A stretch of 64,000 bases of DNA from Heptranchias perlo (lineage: Eukaryota), in the NCBI RefSeq assembly GCF_035084215.1, contig NC_090345.1, positions 14,322,001-14,386,000 on the forward strand, written 5' to 3'. Shown one piece after another: positions 1 through 9,300 of the stretch (position 1 is its first letter; the number at the start of each line of letters is the position of its first letter). Below the pieces are notes generated by a model. It was given only the letters and a program-made list of their open reading frames with translations, was not told the origin of the DNA and made no database searches. Position numbers and translations under genes: made by a program.

Positions 1-203
1 AGCCGCAAGGTGGCGCTGCGTCCGCTCCTCCCAGCCGCAAGGTGGCACTGCAACCGCTCCTCCCAGCCGCAAGGTGGCGCTGCAACCGCTCCTCCCAGCC
101 GCAAGGTGGCGCTGCAACCGCTCCTCCCCAGCCGCAAGGTGGCGCTGCAACCGCTCCTCCCAGCCGCAAGGTGGCGCTGCAACCGCTCCTCCCAGCCGCA
201 AGG
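1..203. repeat. GC-rich minisatellite, 32-bp unit AGCCGCAAGGTGGCGCTGCAACCGCTCCTCCC, 6 full units plus a partial, open at the window edge
   Basis: Unit starts at 1, 33, 65, 97, 130, 162 and 194; near-identical, with one extra C in the 4th unit. Confidence 0.97.
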
Positions 204-293
204 AATCGTGTCCGCGGCAGCCGAGCGGTGCAAAGGAACTGAATTCGTGGGGGAGGGTTAGTGAGCAAGTGTTGGTTTAATATTCGGGATCCA

Positions 294-332
294 ATGGAAG
301 TGAACGTGGGTCAGTGGAGAAGGGAAGAAAAG
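294..332 (+). CDS. SFXN4: SFXN4 exon 1 (MEVNVGQWRREEK)
   Basis: ATG at 294, donor AAG|gtaact, phase 0; resembles the EPNVRFW segment of human SFXN4. Confidence 0.78.
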
Positions 333-3300
333 GTAACTGTGTCACTGATTAATATTTTAACTGTTAGTTCATAACTAGTGCTTTAACCAATTAATGGGCC
401 CTTCAATGGTTGCTGATGTTATTTGTAATGGAATACTGTCAATAACATATCCCAGTGTCAGGAGCTCGGATCCTGATCCGTATTCAGTCCTGCCCTTCAC
501 TGGTACCCTGTCCTCCAATGCAAAGAATTCAAAATCTGCATTCCTCATTTACAAATCCATCCACGACCTTGCTTCACTCTCTCATTTCTGCAACGTCCTC
601 CAGCCCAACATCCCAGTCACACCCTCCACTCTTCCGAGTCCGGACTATTGTGCCTGCTCCCCTGTGGTGAAAGAACCCACCGTCATTGTGACTGCAATTT
701 GCAATTATTTTCCTCCCCCATTTCAAAAATCTCCTATGACCTCGTTTCACCCACTACGAACTCTTTTCCCAATTCTTACTCAATGTCCAGATCCAGCTGC
801 TTCCTTCCCAGATGAAGTGCTTTGGTACATTTTGCTACATTAAAAGTGTTATATAATTGTGAGCCTTTCTAACTGGTGCAGAGTAAATAAAAAGAACCAG
901 AGGTAACAATGTAACTATTACAGAGAAAATAGCAGTACACAGTAACTAACACTAGCTAATAACTAATATAATAACTGCGAGGCCCAGTCAGGGGCTAATG
1001 GAGAATAATATTATCCTAATTTCTTTCCGACAAGTTAAATGACAGTTATCTTTATTGTGCTTTTTGAGCAGACCCCTTGTATATATTGACCACTGGTAAC
1101 ATTTACACTGCAGTAGACGTGAACTTCTGTACTATAACTTTTATAAAGCCACAAAAGTTTTTATGCCGTTTGTGAAAAAAATGCCTTTTTTGTTTAAGGC
1201 AATTTGTATTATGGATGACATGATGTTTTTGCGCATTTGTCTACAGTGAAACAAAGATGTAATGAGCACACTGCTGGCAGCAATGTGCCTAATAAATAGC
1301 CATGATGTGGAGATGCCAGTGATGGACTGGGGTTGACAAATGTAAGGAATCTTACAACACCAGGTTATAGTCCAACTGTTTTATTTGAAAATCACAAGCT
1401 TTCGGAGGCTTTCTCCTTAGTCAGGTGAGCGAGTGTGACGAAGGAGAAAGCCTCCGAAAGCTTGTGATTTTCAAATAAAACAGTTGGACTATAACCTGGT
1501 GTTGTAAGATTCCTTACACCTAATAAATAGGGTAAGGGGTGAATCCGATTGAGCAGCATTGCTGCCCGGATCAGTGAGTGCATGTGTAAAGAGAAGCATT
1601 TTAAAAATATTTGTTCTCAGAATGTGGGCAAGGTGCATTTTTATTGCCTATCCCTGTGCCCCTGAAAAGGTGGTAGTGGGTCTTGAACCACTGCAATCCT
1701 TGTGATGATGGACCCCCACAATGGCGTTCGGTAGGGAATTCCAAGATATTGGCCCAGCAACTATGCAGGAACATCAGTATATGTCTGACTTGGAGAGGAA
1801 CCTGAAGGTGCTGTTGTGCGATGACATGGCTGTTCTTGGCCTTCTCGCTGGGAGAGGTTTCAGGTGCTGTTGAAGTAACCTTGGTGAATTGCTGCAGTGT
1901 ATTCTATGGATAGGACATACTGCAGCCACAGTGGCTTCCAACAATTGTGGTCACAGTCCTCTGTGCCTTGGTGCAATATTTGGTCGAATGCTGCCCTAAT
2001 TACTGTCACCTATCCTCTGGTAACAAAACTTTGCTAACTTCTGAGTCGTTAATAATAAGAACTGCAAGGAAAATACTTTTCTCGTAATGGGAAGAGAGTG
2101 TTCATAACAAATATTTACATCCAACAATGAAAGCTTGCAGAGAAAATAGCTTAATGGGAAAACCTATACTGGCTTTTGGTGAAATGATCCAGCTCCATAA
2201 ATAATAAATCACAGTCATAATTTTATAAATCTAATTTTGCTTGTGTTGTTTTTACTGCATTTAGTTTGATTGTTGTGTTCTGTAGTCCTTCTTTCGTAGG
2301 TTTCTTCAATGGCTGGATATCCTGGATCCCACAACATTATTAGCGTCAAATGTAAGCAGAGTTTTATGTAAACAGCCGTGTAGAATTATGAATAAGTGAA
2401 AGTGATTTTTTTTTAATGAAGGAGTTTGAATGATGTTGTAAACCAGTGACATTCATGATACAGGCATCCCAGCTTTTCGTCATCTGTGACCCTTGATTGA
2501 TCTGTTCAAAAACCACACAGCTGTAGGATGTTGCCAGGTTGGACTTCACTGATGTTCTCAGTTTCTTAAACCACCAGTGAGAGGAAGTAAAGGAAAACTC
2601 TTTGGAAACCGGACTATCCCAGCATCCGCAGAACAAGTGAAAAGACCAAAAGGCCACTCGTGGAGTCTTTAGGGCAGGCCTGTGTACTGTTACTCTATAA
2701 GGCAGCGGGTTCTGACATTTAATAGAGAGAAACTATTTCCGCTGGTTGGGGAGTCTAGGACGAGGGGATATAACCTAAAAATTAGAGCCAAGACTTTCAG
2801 TTTTGAATTGTAAACAATTTTACAACACCAAGTTATAGTCCAGCAATTTTATTTTAAATTCACAAGCTTTCGGAGGCTACCTCCTTCGTCAGGTGAACGA
2901 TGTGAAAATGAAATCCTCGAGATGAAATCGCATTTATAATTCACAGAACAATGCTTGGTGAGTACAGACAGTTTTTTCAACTGCCCGTTGCCAAGGCAAT
3001 CAGTGTGCAGACAGACAGGTGTTACCTGCCAGGTCTCACAGAATATACAGTTTTGAAGTCAGCAAACACTTCTACACACAAAGGGTGGTAGAAGTTTGGA
3101 ACTCTCTTCTGCAAACGGAAGTTGATGCTAGCTCAATTGTTCATTTTAAATTTGAGATTGATTAACAAAAATCTATCAAAGGTATTAAGGGATATGGGGC
3201 TAAGGCGGGTATATTGAGTTATGTCACAGATCAGCCATGATCTCATTGAATGGCGGAACATGGTCAAGAGGCTAAGTGGCCTATTCCTGTTCCTACATTC

Positions 3301-6300
3301 CTATTACAGCCTCCCTCAAGCACGGCACTGTGTGGTAAAAGTCAGTAACACTCTCATAGATAGGAAGAAGGCCCATGTTCTTTATAGATGGATCTAAACT
3401 CTGAGTTGAGTCACGTTCTCATTTTCTACAATTCGGTGTTTTTAAAAAAAAAAATTAGAAAGAACTTGCATTTATATAGCGCCTTTCACGACCTTAAGAT
3501 ATGCCATAGGGCTTCACAGCCCATGAAGTGCTATTAAAGTGTAGTCACTGTTGTAATGTAGGGAAACACCAGGTTGTGCACAAGGTCCCACAAACAGTAA
3601 TAAGACAAGTGACCAGATTATCTGTTTTAGTAATGGGTCAGTCATACCTTAAAGCATCAAATGTATATGAGAAAAAGAGGACATAAAAGCCAGTCACTTC
3701 TTGCTGGCTTCTTCCAATCTGGAGCTGATTAAGCACCTGACATTCTGCAAGCGCATCTCATAAAATTACCACTGAGAGGAAGTAAAGGAAAACACAAAAA
3801 AAAAGGTATGACATAAAAAAAAAAGAAGTAAAGGAAAACTCTTTGGAAACCGGACTATCCCAGCATCCGCAGAACAAGTGAAAAGACCAAAAGGCCACTC
3901 GTGGAGTCTTTAGGGCAGGCCTGTGTCCCATTACTCTATAAGGCAGCGGGTTCTGACATTTAATAGAGAGAAACCATTTCCATTGTTTGGGGAGTCTAGG
4001 ACTAGGGGATATAACCTAAAAATTAGAGCCAAGACTTTCAGTTTTGAAGTCAGCAAAAACTTCTACACACAAAGGGTGGTAGAAGTTTGGAACTCTTCCG
4101 CAAACGGCTATTAACAGCAATTAGATTTGATGGCCTTAAAGGGACAGCCCAACTCCACCATAGCAGCAGAATAATACATTTTGTGTTCTATGGTAGTTCC
4201 TGTTATAAAACAATGTATCACTTGACTTACTGTGAGCAATGTCAAGGGAGATCTGCATACATGTGAGTGCAAAATGGAAGTCACACTGATGAAAATTAAA
4301 AATGGAACTGAAGTAACATTGATTGAAGACCGAATCTGTCATGATCATTGCAGAATAATATTTTCACATCATCCACAGGAAGGTGTAGTAAAGACATTGC
4401 AAAACTCTAAGGGTATTAGTGTGTGTCTGTAAGTGAATTGCAAGACAGAAATCCAGTTGTAGGGACCTTATTTCTGTGTTGCTGCTTGAACCTATTGACA
4501 AATGACCACATCTGTCTCAGTATTGGGACATCTTGGGTGTTCCAGCCTGAGGGCCATAACCCAAAGTTGTTAGGATGACACAGTGGAAATATTACAATTC
4601 CGTTGCTCTACATATACCATTTTTTCCTTACCCAATGCAAAGGACAGCAAAGCAAGCCCACATTTCCTATGAACTGAATCATAACCTTATTCACAAAGTA
4701 TGAGGCGTCTTGCACTGTATTCATTGAGCTTATCAACAGCATACGGGATTCACCCCAGGATTGTTACCTCCAGGTAGCAGGCTTAGGGTGAACAATAAGC
4801 CCCTTATGCAGTTGAAACACTCATTGAATATAGTATGAGACTCCATATGCCCTTGACATCTTTTCCGTAGACAGTCCAAAAAAAATCATGAGCAATGCCA
4901 TGGGAAATCTGCTGGCAGTTTTATATTTTGATTTGTTACCTTCAATGGTGGGAAAAATCTGTCTTTCCGTCTTACTCCCCACGGTATGTTTACTTATGAA
5001 TATACAGGGGAGGGGTGATGAAATGAAGATGACACAGAGTGATGTTCAAATTAATGAGTGGAAGTTTGTCGGAAGTAGATATCGGATTGTTGTTTCAAAT
5101 AAAATAAAAATCTCAGAACTGTTATTAAAAAAAATCTGTGTTCATGTACTCTTCAACAGAAGGAAATACAAAATGCTCAAACTCTGCTTCAGAGCAGCCC
5201 ACCGAGTCTGACGGAGCCAGTGAAAGATGAAAAGGTAAGTCAGCCTGGCAGCAAAAATAAGTTGCTGTAAAATGTAGCCGTGTTCTCAGAGGTTTTCGTT
5301 TTATAGTTTATTTACTTCTGTAACATATTTGCCTTGTGGTCATGTGTTTAACTGCTCCATTTTGTGAAAAGTTGTTTTTAAATCATTACCTTTTTTTTTT
5401 CCCTTTCAGATTAAAAAAGCATTGAAACTTACTCTGGTGAGAAAACTTTCATGAAAGCTGGCCGAGCTTGTCAAAGGCGCACTGAGCCTCTAACAAAGAT
5501 CCTGTCTATAACTCGACCATGCTCATTGTTATCACAAGAACCTCAGTAAAAAGTTAATGGAGGGCATGTGAAAGAAAGAACGCCAACACGAGCTGGTTGG
5601 GCCGAATGGCCTGTTTCCATGATGTAATTTCTATGAACTGGCGTTTATATAGTGCCTTTCACATCCTCAGGACGTCCCCTTTACAGCCAATTACTTTTGA
5701 AGTGTAGAGGCTGATGGGTTGTAGGCAAAGGCAGCAGCCAACTTGCACAAGGCAAGGTCCCAAAAACAACAGTGAGATAAGTGATCTCTTTTTGGTAGTT
5801 TTGGTTGAGGGATAGAATGTCCACAAGCTATGAACATCAACCAGGAGTTTCACAAACCAGCTGGTGAAAGATACCAGTTAATAGGATGTGTGGAATTCAG
5901 ACCTGGGCCTACTGAACACCCCACTGCTATACTTGCTAGGAAACCAAGAGAAGATGAACTTCAAAATCAAATTGTCAACCTGGATGCTGCCACTTTGCAT
6001 CTATAATTCCCCACACTGCAACTTCCCAGTCATCACTGAATTTTGATTTGGTGGGTGGATGTCAAATGAGGATCAGGTGTTTGTTCATAAGTAATATAAT
6101 GGCAAGGTTGATAAATGTGTTTCCGTGCCCCTCCCCTCCCCTCCCCTCCCCTCCTCCACCCCCACCCTTCCCCATCTGCTGTTTCACATCTCTTAAGGGC
6201 ATCTTTTAGAACAGCATCAGCACGTGCCCAGGGGGAGGTATCTGCCTGCTCTCTGACACAAGCAATGCTGCAAAACAAGGGGAGAAGGGAACTGTTAACC

Positions 6301-9300
6301 TATTCAGTAAATTTAATCGGAAAATGGGCAACTTAGGAGAAGGGACAAAGTATGAATCCTGATAAACAAAATGAAAATGCAGTGTATGAATTTTGTGAGT
6401 TTAAAAACAGGCAATCACACAGTTCCTTTCTTTAAAAGAGACCAGCCACAACAACATTTGTCTGCCTGCTTTCTGTTTACAACAGCATTTGATATGGTGT
6501 TGATGTAGGTGAAAATCATTGTGATTTTATACATCTTGTTACTGATGCAAATCTGCCTTATAACTGATTATAGAAAATGTAATTACTTATCATTACATGT
6601 ACCGTGCAATTTGGCAAAAACTGCTCAATGATCAGTCTTCAACCCTTAGCATTTTTGCTGGTGTCCACTGGTAATGTGGTCAATGTAATGCCCATTTCTT
6701 TACCCTCTGTCTCCCTAGTCTTCGGTTCATCCAGACACTGGTGATGTGCTGCCAACAGTATTCCGTGCTTCAGGTGAGTGTTGTTCACATCATTCAGTAT
6801 TTGTTGACCTCCTTTCTTGTATTTCTTTGTTTCAGGATAAATAGTGATTTCCTGTGACATTGCTCACAGGTAGTTTGGCACACAGTTGTGATGTTTAGCT
6901 GCTAACCTGGCCTGTCCCTTTAAAGCCAAAAAGTCTAGTTGCTGTAAATAAGCATACCCAGAAGGCCAATTAGAGGCTAATTGCTGCAGAAGTTTTTCTG
7001 TAGATTGGCAACTCCTTGTAAATCCCTGGCTGCTCTCTAGGGTCAAAAGAAACCAGTACAAAATGACTGGCTTGCTTTCTCTTTTGTATAAAAAAAAATT
7101 GCATATGTGGCTAAGTGTGATTAATGCATCTCAAAACATTTAGATATAGACTATATTATAAAGTAAACATATGAAAGAATGACCATTTTTTCTTTTTCTC
7201 CCTCCTCCCTCCTCCAGCATTCACACCATTTGCTGCCCCTTTGGTAGGTACTGAAATTCCAATATGTGAATATTTAGTTGAATATTTCAATTTGCCATGA
7301 ACTCCTTTTCTCTACTTCCAAAGTAGTTTTAAGTTTACATTAGAAATTAGTTTCTGCTCATTGAATCAGAGGAGATACTGTTTATGTCAACATAACAGAA
7401 GAAGAAGGAGGCATATGACATGCATAGGCAGCTGGGATCAAGTGGATCCCTTGAAGAGTATGGAGATTGCCGGAGTAGAGTTAAGAGAGAAATCAGGAGG
7501 ACAAAAAGGGGACATGAGATTGCTTTGGCAGATAAGGCAAAGGAGAATCGAAAGAGCTTCTACAAATACATAAAGGGCAAAAGAGTAACTAGGGAGAGAG
7601 TAGGGCCTCTTAAGGATCAACAAGGTCATCTATGTGCGGAACCACAAGAGATGGGTGAGATCCTAAATGAATATTTCACATCGGCATTTACAGTTGAGAA
7701 AGGCATGGATGTTAGGGAACTTGGGGAAATAAATAGTGATGTCTTGAGTGTACATATTACAGAGAGGGAGGTGCTGGAAGTCTTAACGCGCATCAAGGTA
7801 GATAAATCTCCGGGACCTGATGAAATGTATCCCAGGACGTTATGGGAGGTTCGGGAGGAAATTGCAGGTCCCCTAGCAGAGATATTTGAATCATCGACAG
7901 CTACAGGGGAGGTGCCTGAAGATTGGAGGGTAACAAATGTTGTGCCTTTGTTTAAGAAGGGCGGCAGGGAAAAGCCTGGGAACTACAGACCGGTGAGCCT
8001 GACATCTGTAGTGGGTAAGTTGTTAGAGGGTATTCTGAGAGACAGGATCTACGGGCATTTGGAGAGGCAGGGACTGATTAGGAACAGTCAGCATGGTTTT
8101 GTGAGAGGAAAATCATGTCTCACAAATTTGATTGAGTTTTTTGAAGGGGTAACCAAGAAGATAGATGAGGGCTGTGCAGTAGACGTGGTCTACATGGACT
8201 TTAGCAAAGCCTTTGACAAGGTACCGCATGGTAGGTTGTTACATAAGGTTAAATCTCACGGGATCCAAGGTGAGGTAGCCAATTGGATACAAAATTGGAT
8301 TAACGACAGAAGACAGAGGGTGGTTGTAGAGGGTTGTTTTTCAAACTGGAAGCCTGTGACCAGCGGTGTGCCTCAGGGATCGGTGCTGGGTCCGCTGTTA
8401 TTTGTTATTTATATTAATGATTTGGATGAGAATTTAGGAGGCATGGTTAGTAAGTTTGCAGATGACACCAAGATGGAGTTTAATTTAGATAAATGTGAGG
8501 TGATGCATTTTGGTAGATCGAATCGGGCCAGGACCTACTCCGTTAATGGTAGGGCGTTGGGGAGAGTTCTAGAACAAAGAGATCTAGGAGTACAGGTTCA
8601 TAGCTCCTTGAAAGTGGAGTCACAGGTGGATAGGGTGGTGAAGAAGGCATTCAGCATGCTTGGTTTCATTGGTCAGAACATTGAATACAGGAGTTGGGAT
8701 GTCTTGTTGAAATTGTACAAGACATTAGTAAGGCCACACTTGGAATACTGTGTACAGTTCTGGCCACCCTATTATAGAAAGGATATTATTAAACTAGAAA
8801 GAGTGCAGAAAAGATTTACTAGGATGCTACTGGGACTTGATGGTTTGACTTATAGGGAGAGGTTGGATAGACTGAGACTTTATTCCATGGAGAGTTGGAG
8901 GTTTCGGGGTGATCTTATAGAAGTCTATAAAATAATGAGGGGCATAGATAAGGTAGATAGTCAAAATCTTTTCCCAAAGGTAGGGGAGTCTATAATGAGG
9001 GGGCATAGATTTAAGGTGAGAGGGGAGAGATACAAAAGGGTCCAGAGGGGCAATTTTTTCACTGAAAGGGTGGTGAGTGTCTGGAACGAGCTGCCAGAGG
9101 CAGTAGTGGAGGCGGGTACAATTTTGTCTTTTAAAAAGCATTTGGACAGTTACATGGGTAAGATGGGTATAGAGGGATATGGGCCAAGTGCAGGCAATTG
9201 GGACTAGCTTAGTGGTATAAACTGGGCGACATGGACATGTTGGGCCGAAGGGCCTGTTTCCGTGTTGTAAACTTCTATGATTCTATGATTCTAACAGCAG

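Larger units (their letters stand above)
2721..3303 (+). mobile_element. CR1 LINE 3' fragment, interrupted by the PLE insertion
   Basis: Encodes a degenerate GESRTRGYNLKIRA...FYTQRVVEVWNSL CR1 ORF2 end; CR1-type 3' UTR ending cctgttcctacattcct. Confidence 0.85.

Noticed and set aside
1-203. Repeat array as CRISPR, or ORFs 10-261, 42-242 and 74-280 as proteins
   Set aside because: No unique spacers, eukaryotic context, and the ORFs are translations of the tandem repeat
394-843. 149-aa ORF in SFXN4 intron 1
   Set aside because: Contains a decayed L2 3' fragment (FLIYKSIHDLA) and low-complexity sequence; no gene features
7420-9207. 595-aa ORF as a host gene or an active element
   Set aside because: It is CR1 ORF2 lacking the endonuclease, with an internal RT deletion, inside SFXN4 intron 6
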